From IMG/VR virus record IMGVR_UViG_2737471835_000007: a DNA stretch of 47,347 bases; one strand, given 5' to 3'. The position numbers and the translations under genes are program-made. The stretch is from a virus (Duplodnaviria > Heunggongvirae > Uroviricota > Caudoviricetes). This document shows, one piece after another, positions 1 through 9,076 of the stretch. Under the pieces are notes generated by a model. The model did not search any database and was not told the DNA's origin. It saw only the letters and a program-made list of their open reading frames with translations. Each line of letters starts with the position of its first letter. Position 1 is the stretch's first letter.

Positions 1-175
1 CTACGATAACCCACTCTTTTGTTGCCCCATTTTTGCCCCTTTTGCAGCGTTTTGCCCCATTTTTGCCACCGAAAAATGCGAGAATTTCTCAATCTGTAGC
101 CTGCAAATTGCGCCCATGAATTCTTTCCAAGAGAATCAGTTTCGGCTGGAAATCATTCAATACTCACACTAAAAC

Positions 176-210
176 AAAAAGCCCGCTTATGGTGGACTGC
201 AGGCTTTTAG
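176..210 (-). terminator. putative rho-independent terminator 3' of the adhesin gene
   Basis: On the minus strand a GC stem (GCCUGC / GCGGGC, one G-U pair) is followed by UUUUUGUUUU immediately downstream of the stop at 247. Confidence 0.45.
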
Positions 211-246
211 ATTCCGTGATTTAAAAACAATAGTTATAGAAACAAA

Positions 247-1611
247 TTACCAGCCTACAGCAATACCCCCTCCGATTACTGCTCCATCAGTATTATTCCA
301 TGAAGACGATGCACGAATATTGGTGTTTTCATTAAGTTTGTATTGAACACCAACAGCTACTGCATTACCGTTTCTATAGTTACCAACCCCAACGCCGGCA
401 CTAAATGTCTGGTTATTCACATACGGGATATTGGTCATTGCTGCTACGGAAGCAATACCTGCATTAGCTTTTTTAGCATTAGCTTCTATCTTATCATTCA
501 GCTGCTTAAATGTTGAATTTATCTTCCCATTAATTTGGTTAAATTTTGTATCAGTATATGCGAATGATTCTTGTTTTGCTGATTGTATGTTTTTATTAAT
601 AACACCGTTATTTTTCGTAACTTCCTGATCAGTGTATGCCATTGATTCGCTTTTGGCATTATTAATATTCTGATTTATCACAGCATTATTTTTGGTAACC
701 TGCTGATCTGTATATGCCAGTGATTCATTCTTAGCATTATTAATATTCTGATTTATCACAGCATTATTTTTGGTAACCTGCTGATCTGTATATGCCAGTG
801 ATTCATTCTTGGCATTATTAATATTCTGATTTATCACAGCATTATTTTTGGTAACCTGCTGATCTGTATATGCCAGTGATTCATTCTTGGCATTATTGAT
901 GTTTTGATTAATTACGGTATTATTTTTAGCTATCTCATTCCCAGTATAATCTTTCAGTTGCTTAACGTTAACACCATCAGTATCCTCAGTACCTGCGGCA
1001 ACATGGGTCAATTGTCGATTAGTATTACCCGTCCCAAAAGATACACTATACTCTCTGTCAGTTGTACTTCCCCCGCCGATGGCAACACTATTATTATGTT
1101 CAGCCACACTCTGTGAGCCTAGTGAGATGGCATTTTCTGCATTAGATGTAGCCCCTACACCAATAGCTAATGTATCTCCTGCAGTCGCCTGGGCGGAGGA
1201 ACCAAATGCAACACTGTTTTCCCCGGTTGCTTTAGACGCAGCACCTACACTTGTAGAATTAGCGACTGCCTCACTACCCGCACCATTTGCTATAGCTGAA
1301 TCACCGTTTACTTTACTAAATGAACCAATGGCTACCGAGTTATTTCCAACAACATTTGCATTTGCGCCAATAGCTGACGATGAGTTACCTTGAGATGAAG
1401 AATATGAACCAATTGCAGTATTATAGGCTCCTTCGGTTTTTGAAACAGCGCCAATTGTTGTAGAAGAAGAACCTGAAGCATTTGCATATGCACCAATAGC
1501 TGTCGCATTACTATCAGTTGCCTGGCTATTATCACCGGCATTATAAGAATTATATGCATAAGAATTTGCTGAAACTGTAAATATAACAGAGGCTACAAAT
1601 AGTTTTTTCAT
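247..1611 (-). CDS. trimeric autotransporter adhesin (YadA-like; possibly Eib-like prophage-borne adhesin)
   Basis: Signal peptide MKKLFVASVIFTVSANSYA; NSVAIG/SVAFG head repeats; neck-like RQLTHVAAG...GVNVKQL; four 26-aa stalk repeats; C-terminal YadA-type anchor ending ...GGGIAVGW. Start chosen at MKKLF (ORF extends to 1653). Confidence 0.8.
   Translation of the reverse strand: MKKLFVASVIFTVSANSYAYNSYNAGDNSQATDSNATAIGAYANASGSSSTTIGAVSKTEGAYNTAIGSYSSSQGNSSSAIGANANVVGNNSVAIGSFSKVNGDSAIANGAGSEAVANSTSVGAASKATGENSVAFGSSAQATAGDTLAIGVGATSNAENAISLGSQSVAEHNNSVAIGGGSTTDREYSVSFGTGNTNRQLTHVAAGTEDTDGVNVKQLKDYTGNEIAKNNTVINQNINNAKNESLAYTDQQVTKNNAVINQNINNAKNESLAYTDQQVTKNNAVINQNINNAKNESLAYTDQQVTKNNAVINQNINNAKSESMAYTDQEVTKNNGVINKNIQSAKQESFAYTDTKFNQINGKINSTFKQLNDKIEANAKKANAGIASVAAMTNIPYVNNQTFSAGVGVGNYRNGNAVAVGVQYKLNENTNIRASSSWNNTDGAVIGGGIAVGW
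607..918. repeat. 78-bp in-frame tandem repeat, about 4 copies, in adhesin stalk
   Basis: Near-identical 78-nt units at 685-762, 763-840, 841-918 with a diverged copy upstream; encode repeated NNAVINQNINNAKNESLAYTDQQVTK. Confidence 0.85.
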
Positions 1612-2407
1612 AGAAATGACGTATGTTAAATAGATTGAAAAGATAAGATTCAAATCAATTAAATGACGCTTTAAAAATAAGCGGCAGGATTTTATTCATC
1701 TGATAAAAATAGCGCAAGAGTTGTCTTATATGGAATATTCAGATAAGTCTTATTGAAAAAAACGGTATAACAAATACATAACATTACAGCCATTATAAAT
1801 ACATTATAAAAATTACAGAGATATTTAATTAAATCCAAAGCATTTTTTCAATATGGATTTCGAAGAACTTGTTATAGTACATTAATCAATCAATTATTGG
1901 TATTTCGCTCACTGTTCATATAGTTTTAATACATCAATGCATAAGAACATTTTCTCATTCATAAAAGCGATAAAAACTGTTGTACCTTATATTGTTAATG
2001 TTTGGTAACAAAGACAAATCCAACAAGGCATTGATCATCCCCTATGATACCCATAGAAAGAATTATCTGAAATATAATAACGATATAAAGTATATTATTG
2101 CTAATGAAACTATATGATAGCTTCACATTCAGCAATACCTGCTCAACCTTATCTCTGGAAATGAACATTGCTAACTTTCCTACTCCTTAATCGTTCTCCC
2201 AGAGCGCATCATCCACACCGACAATCCCCTCAGGCATCAGCCAGGTGACATTTTCCGCTAATGGGCTGGTTCAGAGATAAATAGTGCGTCCCCGGAAGCC
2301 AAGTCAAAGAGCATTTTTCCCCTGTGACCTTCAACGGCTACTTACTGTTTAAAAACAGCTACGATGCCAGCATAGATACTCTTGAATACGATGTACTACG
2401 TTTTTTC

Positions 2408-3138
2408 TTATTCTGGACTGAACTCCCTAACCGGCTTCAAATCCAGGAGATTGCTCAGTTCCTCTTTCATTTCACGCTGATGACGATAAATCTCATTATT
2501 GCGATCAACCTGCGCCATAGCTGCAGCCAGCTCCTCCAGTTCCGTCATCGACAGTTTCACCTGCTGATTATCAGCATCACTCCATGTCATAACGTCCCAC
2601 TGCCCTGAGTTAGCCCCTGCAGCCATTACCACCGGGTAAAGGCGGGCCAGCGAGTCGGGGCCGCCATTCCAGGTGTGTCCGTTCCATTCGAATGTGAACG
2701 GCTGCGCTTCCTGTTCTGTGCGCCACACCTCGATTTCCCGCTTTCTGGCATCCTTTCCCACGGCGATAAGTTCTGGCGTGACGGTGAACGCAGGGCTGTC
2801 CAGTGGCGCTTTTGTTTTCGTCTCGTCCATGACGGTTTTGACAGCCTTTGGCGTGGCTGCCAGTACTTCGCTGTCGTTGTCTGTATCACTACAGAGTTGC
2901 GCCAGACCTTTTTTGTCGTGGAAGCATTGCTTCCCTTCAGATCATCAACTATCCATTGCGCCTCGTCCCTGTGCTGTTTCGCGCTCTGCTGCGCCTGCAC
3001 CACAGTTTCCTGTCACCACGTCGGCAACTGTGCGCATCACACCTCTGAGGTGTTTACCCGGGATTTCAGAGTTATGTGGCATCCGTACATGGGGATGCCT
3101 GCGCCATCAATCAGCGCACCTGATATCACTACAGACAT
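2408..3138 (-). pseudogene. side tail fibre (Stf)-like remnant disrupted by frameshifts
   Basis: ATG at 3138 gives MSVVISGALIDGAGIPMYGCHITLKSRVNTSEV then a stop; the reading continues in two other frames (VVQAQQSAKQHRDEAQWIVDDLKGSNASTTKK, then after the T6 run at 2908-2913, GLAQLCSDTDNDSEVLAATPKAVKTVMDETKTKAPLDSPA...). N-terminus and the LAATPKAVK.VMDET..KAPLDSPA motif resemble lambdoid Stf as recalled. Confidence 0.5.
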
Positions 3139-3161
3139 AGTTTTTCTCGCGATAAATTAAA

Positions 3162-3707
3162 TCAGGAAGAGGCTTCCAGAGAGACGGGCCATTCAATGGC
3201 GTTGTATGAGGATTTATCAGTGATGGTGCTGAAATCCATCGCCTGCAGCGATTTCGCGTAAATGCGGTACGCTTTCAGCTTCTCCCTGTCGTCGTCACTG
3301 ATTAATCCCAGCAGCAGGTCTTTTTCCCATTCGCTGGTCATGATGCTGACCCGTTGTAACAGGGCATCGCGCTCATCTTCCGCTTTAAGTTTGTAGTCGA
3401 AGACAAATTTATCGTCGCGGTAAAACCAGTAACCAGGCACGGTAATACGGCGGTTAGCGGTAATATCAGGAACTTCAATAACACTGGCGTTACGGGGTTC
3501 AATGCCTGTCACATCCTTACCGACCCATACCACGCGCCCGTCTCCGGTGTAAACCATTTTTATGGTGTCACTGGCAAAATTTTTCAGCTCTTCATACCAG
3601 TTTTGGTCATCTTCCGAAAAAAGCCAGGTGATACCATGTTGTTTTGTCATCTGATATTGTTCTGCGGTTTTCGGATTGCCTGCAGTAATATTTTTTAAAT
3701 GCAACAT
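3162..3707 (-). CDS. tfa: tail fibre assembly protein (Tfa chaperone)
   Basis: 181 aa directly after the fibre gene; C-terminal ...KLKAYRIYAKSLQAMDFST...IEWPVS typical of Tfa. Confidence 0.8.
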   Translation of the reverse strand: MLHLKNITAGNPKTAEQYQMTKQHGITWLFSEDDQNWYEELKNFASDTIKMVYTGDGRVVWVGKDVTGIEPRNASVIEVPDITANRRITVPGYWFYRDDKFVFDYKLKAEDERDALLQRVSIMTSEWEKDLLLGLISDDDREKLKAYRIYAKSLQAMDFSTITDKSSYNAIEWPVSLEASS

Positions 3708-3709
3708 TG

Positions 3710-5263
3710 TTAAACACTCGCCACGTTATACCAGGTGCCGTTAATCAGTTTCTGAAGCGGTCGGTAATACACGCCGTTGACGTTATCCGCTGAATTTTTA
3801 CCAGTATCCGATATCGATATCCCTGACAATCCGTGTCCCGCAGGAGCGTGATATGTCCAAGAGATTACATTGCTGCCAGGTTTGTAATACATTTCGGAAC
3901 CATAGCGCACATCCTGCACGCCGCCATTTCGCTGCTGATAACGGGCATCGAAATTTCCATAGTTTGATGGGGTCATCTGTCCGTTTACAGCGAATGTGAT
4001 ACTGCCATCGGTATTTCTCTGGCTGTAAAAATGCCAGCCGGAATCATCACCAAGCTCTGCAACTACAGGTCGGGATGAATTACCCCATAAATTAAACGTT
4101 GCGTTTTTCGTGGAGTTGTTGGCGCTGGATAACGTGAATTTTTTAGCATTTCCGGCCTGAATATTTTTTAACGCTATCGCCACACCATTCTGGAAACGAA
4201 ATACATGCTGTCCATTCGCATAAACATCCAGAATGCCGTCGCCGTTTTGTTTTATACCTGTATCGTTATCCCCGAAAGCAATTGAGTTTCCGCCCAGCGC
4301 GTTCTGAACGCCGATACCCAGTGCACCATTGACCTGAGAACCACCGCCAACAGACACTTTATGCGACATGGATATCTCTCCTGTCCGCAAATTAATGGTG
4401 AGCGGACGCAGGGGACCAATATCTCCATTCTCGCCCTGACCTTCACTAGTAGGGATAAGGTGCAGGCACTCTTCAGAACGGCGAAAAATAAGGCCAAAAG
4501 CCTCGTTAAAAATCCTCAATGCATTAACACCACGTATTTTCAGCTCCCCGGTCATCAAATCACCAGATTTTTTTACATATCGCAGATCAAAATCTGAATA
4601 GATATTGCCGGGGTTTATCACACTGAAATAGCTTTTCTCGCTATCAAGAAGGCAAATCAAAGGAATACCCTTAATGATATCATTCGCTACCAGCTCGGAC
4701 TTGTTCCCCTTATAAAGTGGGAACGTACCAAGAACCTTTCCGCCTAGTGTTAGTTGAAGTGTCGCCGCGTTGGTATTGTTCTGAACGGGGAAAACTATAA
4801 TCGGGGTTCGTAGCGTCCAATCTGTACCTCCATTAACAAAAAACGTCGAGGGAAGTTCCAGCGTCAGTGCGTTTGCAGTGCCACCAGTAACACCCGCAAT
4901 ATAATGACCGCTCTGAAGCTGCGCTATCTGTACGAAATAGTTTTCCGAACCACGCGTGGCAAAGTTAGCCACAACATCATTAAGGGACCAACCTTTCGCG
5001 GTTGTTCCTTCCTGCCCACGAATGACTTTCAACACATCACCGCTTACCGATACCAAGTGACAAATCTCAAATGCAGACTCTTTATTATCGGTAAGCGTAA
5101 TTTTTGCATAGACGCGTTGCCCGTTCGATTTATTTTCAAAATCGGCAGAAAGCAATTTTGCAAATTTAGCCCCTGTACCGGGCATTACCGGAATATCAGT
5201 CTGAATCGTGGTGATATCACCAGCCAGTGCTGAAACAACGTTATTGCCGAACCCAAGAATCAT
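3710..5263 (-). CDS. tail fibre protein
   Basis: 517-aa Gly/Asn/Ser-rich protein upstream of tfa and downstream of baseplate genes. Confidence 0.7.
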   Translation of the reverse strand: MILGFGNNVVSALAGDITTIQTDIPVMPGTGAKFAKLLSADFENKSNGQRVYAKITLTDNKESAFEICHLVSVSGDVLKVIRGQEGTTAKGWSLNDVVANFATRGSENYFVQIAQLQSGHYIAGVTGGTANALTLELPSTFFVNGGTDWTLRTPIIVFPVQNNTNAATLQLTLGGKVLGTFPLYKGNKSELVANDIIKGIPLICLLDSEKSYFSVINPGNIYSDFDLRYVKKSGDLMTGELKIRGVNALRIFNEAFGLIFRRSEECLHLIPTSEGQGENGDIGPLRPLTINLRTGEISMSHKVSVGGGSQVNGALGIGVQNALGGNSIAFGDNDTGIKQNGDGILDVYANGQHVFRFQNGVAIALKNIQAGNAKKFTLSSANNSTKNATFNLWGNSSRPVVAELGDDSGWHFYSQRNTDGSITFAVNGQMTPSNYGNFDARYQQRNGGVQDVRYGSEMYYKPGSNVISWTYHAPAGHGLSGISISDTGKNSADNVNGVYYRPLQKLINGTWYNVASV

Positions 5264-5886
5264 TTTTGAATCACCGTTGTTGCATAAGAATAAATAAAAG
5301 GGAGTTTTACATATTTCTGGTCAATGGCATCTTTCAGAAAATAGCCTATACCATCACCATATTCTGGTATATGAATAGAAAAAACACTGTCCGACACAGT
5401 CACGCTCACATCAAAAGTGTGCTGCAACGGCGGGTCTATTCCGTTTTTCCCATGAATGAACCGTGCCACACGGCGCTTTAACCAGTCAATGCAGAAATGC
5501 GAACCGTCAGCCTTATAAAAATTCCAAGTTAATATTCGCTTGAAATAATCATCCGGAACATACGATGCCTGCCCCGGAACATAATTCCGCATTGCCGCAT
5601 AAGGGATTGTATTGTATTCAATGGTATCGTATGCGCCGCGTGCAATAGCCTCCTCGGAAACCTGTAGTAAAGGCCTTTCAACGCCATAAATCCCGAGAGC
5701 AATCCAGTCCAGCAATTGCCCGGTTATTGATTCCGATGTCCAGCATGGCAATGCCAGATTGTTGAGTGAATCGAGGTATTCCTGAGCAATTTCATTGTAT
5801 GCATCAAAGAACGCAACAACATTCGGATCATCTCTGTACTGCACAAACGGATAAGCAGGGAGAATTTTTTCAGTCAGATATTGCAT
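5260..5886 (-). CDS. tail/baseplate protein (gpI-like position)
   Basis: ORF in the tail operon between the J-like gene and the fibre gene; start placed at MQYLTEKILP. Confidence 0.5.
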   Translation of the reverse strand: MQYLTEKILPAYPFVQYRDDPNVVAFFDAYNEIAQEYLDSLNNLALPCWTSESITGQLLDWIALGIYGVERPLLQVSEEAIARGAYDTIEYNTIPYAAMRNYVPGQASYVPDDYFKRILTWNFYKADGSHFCIDWLKRRVARFIHGKNGIDPPLQHTFDVSVTVSDSVFSIHIPEYGDGIGYFLKDAIDQKYVKLPFIYSYATTVIQK

Positions 5887-7096
5887 ACTTGTTAACTTGA
5901 ACCTGTGATGCCACTGTCGAAAAATAGGAATAGGTATCGCCATAAACCAGGCTTGTGTCTTTTGCCGGAAGAACAATATGACCATTAATGCCAATGCTCA
6001 CACTGATTGTTGAGATCAACGTCGCATCAACCAGCAACCTGACAGAACTGGTAAAAATATCCTGGATACGCAGAAGATTTATCGGGTGTCCGACTTCAAT
6101 TGAATTGATGTAATCAGCAACGTTTTGCTGCACAGCCATAGCAATACCCGCCGGATCAACATAATCATCAGACACCGTGTTCCAGGTGATTAGCACCATG
6201 ACGTTTTGTGATGACGGGATAACGAACGGCACCTGATAAACGTCCGGCGAAACGGTTATTGAAACCGTGCGTTTTTCCACTGCCGCACCGGATGGATTGC
6301 TTACATCGTTGGTCAGTTTCGAAATATCCGGTACAGATTTGTAAATCGCATAAGCCACATCATACGGATCACCGCCACCAACAACCGCAACCCATTTCCC
6401 CAGCGACGACTGCCGGAAAGAAATCAGGTTTTCTCGCACACCGCTTACTGATTTGAGCATCGCTTTATAGCAATCCGGTGTTCCCTGCACACCAAACATA
6501 CCGGACTCCATGACTTCGGCGCGGTAAGATGCCCACGTCTGCGCCTCCTGACCTGGCATCCCTGCGGTAAGGTTCGTGCATTTTACAGGCTGGTCTTTTG
6601 GTACTGAGGTAATAACCTGCGTCACAGTCCCTTCCGGTACAGCCCATGAGCCTGACGTTGTGGCCACACAGTAGACTGGTTCAGTCTGCCCACTTTCCGG
6701 CACCACCGTATCGCGGGAAACTGCATACTGGTAGTTGCCATCACCGACAACAAATCCTTTAGGGATACCAAACCCCGGCAACGCCTCAAATACCACGTAT
6801 ACCGCCGTATTTGTACTTAATCCCTTCTGTGCTCCATAAATGTTTCCGAGTTGCATCAGTAACGGAATATTTGCGCCGTATGGGCTTACGGAGTTAATAA
6901 GGTCCACCCGCGCCTGGTCTATTAATGCCAGCGCCCCGACTGCCGTGCTGGCAAGGTCAGTAATAAGCCCCGCCGGAAGGTTGGCTGTATATCCAGGTAC
7001 TTTTTCAGCAACTCTGATGATAAGATTTGCAAGCAAATCATTGGGTGGCGTAGGCTGCGCCCCCGCACTGGTCATAGTAATTGGTATTTCTGACAT
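5870..7096 (-). CDS. baseplate J-like protein
   Basis: 408 aa, size and position typical of baseplate J/gp47-like proteins; GGAG ribosome-binding site before the ATG at 7096. Confidence 0.6.
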   Translation of the reverse strand: MSEIPITMTSAGAQPTPPNDLLANLIIRVAEKVPGYTANLPAGLITDLASTAVGALALIDQARVDLINSVSPYGANIPLLMQLGNIYGAQKGLSTNTAVYVVFEALPGFGIPKGFVVGDGNYQYAVSRDTVVPESGQTEPVYCVATTSGSWAVPEGTVTQVITSVPKDQPVKCTNLTAGMPGQEAQTWASYRAEVMESGMFGVQGTPDCYKAMLKSVSGVRENLISFRQSSLGKWVAVVGGGDPYDVAYAIYKSVPDISKLTNDVSNPSGAAVEKRTVSITVSPDVYQVPFVIPSSQNVMVLITWNTVSDDYVDPAGIAMAVQQNVADYINSIEVGHPINLLRIQDIFTSSVRLLVDATLISTISVSIGINGHIVLPAKDTSLVYGDTYSYFSTVASQVQVNKYAISD

Positions 7097-7108
7097 ATTT
7101 ACTCCATT

Positions 7109-7134
7109 AAAAAACCCGCTTTCGCGGGTTTTTT
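7109..7134. terminator. bidirectional intrinsic terminator
   Basis: AAAAACCCGC-TTTC-GCGGGTTTTTT: perfect 6-bp GC stem flanked by A-run and T-run, 3 nt downstream of the moron stop and just upstream of the J-like start. Confidence 0.7.
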
Positions 7135-7136
7135 AC

Positions 7137-8297
7137 TTATTCAACCTCTTCTAAACTGCTCACTCTGGACCCTCGGCGGAAATTATCATCATTTTTAACA
7201 TACTCGTATGAATCCAGAATCAAACCAGATATGCGAAGTATATCTTCCGGATTAGTTATATGTATCCTTTTACCATCCGTATCAAGTCGAGCTCGTCTTA
7301 TTTCATTCAACTGAACTTCACTAAGCGAAATAGGTAAAGTTATAAATGAAGATTTTTTATCATAAAATCTTAACAGCCATCTATTAGTTTTACCATTCAA
7401 TAGCACACCAAAATATGACTCAGTATCTTTATATTCTATATTATCTTCTGTTTGTATGATTTGTTTTACCCTTTCAAATAGCTCCAATTCTTTGGCTGTG
7501 GTTATTATGTTGGGGTTTTCTTCATCAACAATGGCGTTATTAACTTGTGTATCCGTTGCATCATTTTCTTTAGTTTGCTCTACCGGTTGTGTAGATAGCC
7601 CGGAAACCACCATTGCGCTAACAGCGCGCTCAACGGCCTGTTTAACTAATGGAGTCACGAACTCAAGAAATCTCTGATTAAGTTGTCTCTCAATATTTGA
7701 ACGACTAGCAACATATCGAACAAACTCCAGATCAACTTCACGAAGACTAGAACTGATTGTTTTAGTAAATGAATTCAAATAAACACTTTCTTCAGCCAGT
7801 GTCCGTAAAGCCTCTGGTTTGAATTTATCATAACGAAAACGAAATAATTGTGTAATATCGGAGTGAGTTAGAGAATCCATTCTTATTTTTAAAAACGGCG
7901 TTGAATCCATTATGTTTTTTTGTTTCAAATCCGTAAAAAAACGCCATTCAACACCATTTGTAATGGCTGATATAGTAACTTCCGGTGTTGAATTAAAATA
8001 TCTTGATAGCTGTGGGCAGTGATTATCAATTTGTTCTGAAAACGATTTCGCCTCAATGAACATCACAGGAACATCATGACAAAATAAAGCGTAATCAACC
8101 CGTTCATTAGCCTTAACCCCGGGGAAGTCAGCACTATACTCAGCTTTGACTTTTCTTGGATCATACGGAGTAAAACCAAGAATATCTAGTAATGGCATAA
8201 TGAGTGCTTGTTTTGTCGTTTCTTCAGTTGTACAAAACACCCCCATTTTTGCAACATGCTCTGTGTGTATTTTTAACTTATTTGCAAAATTTTCCAT
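7137..8297 (-). CDS. PD-(D/E)xK nuclease-domain protein (type I restriction enzyme HsdR N-terminal-like), moron in tail module
   Basis: 386 aa from MENFANK (GGAGGAG ribosome-binding site). N-terminal ...ERVDYALFCHDVPVMFIEAKS...NGVEWRFFTD matches the D...(D/E)xK core of HsdR-N-like nucleases; C-terminal ~200 aa unassigned. Locally AT-rich, with its own upstream region and terminator. Confidence 0.7.
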   Translation of the reverse strand: MENFANKLKIHTEHVAKMGVFCTTEETTKQALIMPLLDILGFTPYDPRKVKAEYSADFPGVKANERVDYALFCHDVPVMFIEAKSFSEQIDNHCPQLSRYFNSTPEVTISAITNGVEWRFFTDLKQKNIMDSTPFLKIRMDSLTHSDITQLFRFRYDKFKPEALRTLAEESVYLNSFTKTISSSLREVDLEFVRYVASRSNIERQLNQRFLEFVTPLVKQAVERAVSAMVVSGLSTQPVEQTKENDATDTQVNNAIVDEENPNIITTAKELELFERVKQIIQTEDNIEYKDTESYFGVLLNGKTNRWLLRFYDKKSSFITLPISLSEVQLNEIRRARLDTDGKRIHITNPEDILRISGLILDSYEYVKNDDNFRRGSRVSSLEEVE

Positions 8298-8312
8298 GCT
8301 TGTCTCCTCCAT

Positions 8313-8446
8313 GGTAACAATATGTATTTTGCAAATCCGAAATAATATATGTCAATATGCTCCAGCTTAGAAAATTACTCGCCCCCCTAAAATATCTCTC
8401 TACAGCACTCCAAACCAAGGTAAAAGTTTTATCATAAAACTGTGAT
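8313..8446 (-). promoter_or_regulatory. AT-rich upstream region of the moron gene, putative promoter
   Basis: 134-bp AT-rich spacer; consensus TTGACA hexamer on the minus strand at 8355-8350; no convincing -10 identified. Confidence 0.35.
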
Positions 8447-8794
8447 TCATACCGGCACCTGCGTCCGGTAACTGGTCCCATTAAAAAACACAACATCGAT
8501 GTTATAGGTGGGGTTATCTGCTCCATCTACCTTTGAAATTGCCAGTGATGCAAAATACCCAGCAAACTGTTGCTGAACCATGTTCACATAGTAGTCTGGG
8601 TAAATCTGCTGCACGATGCACTGCTGTGCAGGAATACCGTAATTCGCGTAAAACGGCGACTCCCCCAATCCCAGCTTTAACGTCTGAATGAGCGTCGTCA
8701 GCCAGCCGTAGGAGAAATCACCGTTGGCGTCAGATTCTACTGCAACCCATTTTTTGTTGCCGTTCGCGTCGGTGACGCGGCCCCATGTTCTCAT
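8447..8794 (-). CDS. putative baseplate protein (gpW/gp25-like position)
   Basis: 115-aa ORF between the spike-like and J-like genes; assignment by size and position only. Confidence 0.45.
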   Translation of the reverse strand: MRTWGRVTDANGNKKWVAVESDANGDFSYGWLTTLIQTLKLGLGESPFYANYGIPAQQCIVQQIYPDYYVNMVQQQFAGYFASLAISKVDGADNPTYNIDVVFFNGTSYRTQVPV

Positions 8795-8994
8795 CGTGCC
8801 CCCATCACTTTAACTAACTCTGTCAGTACTGGTGAAAAGGCAAATGCTAAAGCTACGAGTGCAGCGGTGTAATACATGCGTCGTAAGGTATTGCTTTTTG
8901 CCACTAATTTTAAGGCTTTCACAATCCAGTCTCCTCCGCTAAAATTAATCACGGAAGACCTCCAAACATACGTAATCATCCCTTGCGTATTCAA
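8791..8994 (-). CDS. small hypothetical protein with C-terminal hydrophobic segment
   Basis: 67-aa ORF whose stop overlaps the next start (ATGA coupling); segment YYTAALVALAFAFSPVL; true start uncertain. Confidence 0.3.
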   Translation of the reverse strand: MNTQGMITYVWRSSVINFSGGDWIVKALKLVAKSNTLRRMYYTAALVALAFAFSPVLTELVKVMGAR

Positions 8995-9003
8995 GGTGAG
9001 AAA

Positions 9004-9043
9004 CAGAAAACCCCGACTGGGCCAACAGTCGGGGTTTTCGTTT
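9004..9043. terminator. bidirectional intrinsic terminator downstream of spike gene
   Basis: CCCCGACTG-GGCCAA-CAGTCGGGG followed by TTTTCGTTTT; A-rich on the other side. Confidence 0.65.
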
Positions 9044-9076
9044 TATGGTCAGAATTTAAAGTGAAATGAACCGGTA

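Noticed and set aside
607-918. Possible CRISPR array suggested by regular repeats
   Set aside because: Units are 78 bp, contiguous with no spacers, in-frame within the adhesin ORF and encode a repeated peptide; no cas genes present.
2324-2608. 94-aa plus-strand ORF at the edge of the AT-rich region
   Set aside because: Overlaps the stf-like remnant on the opposite strand; no ribosome-binding site; low-complexity AT-rich translation.
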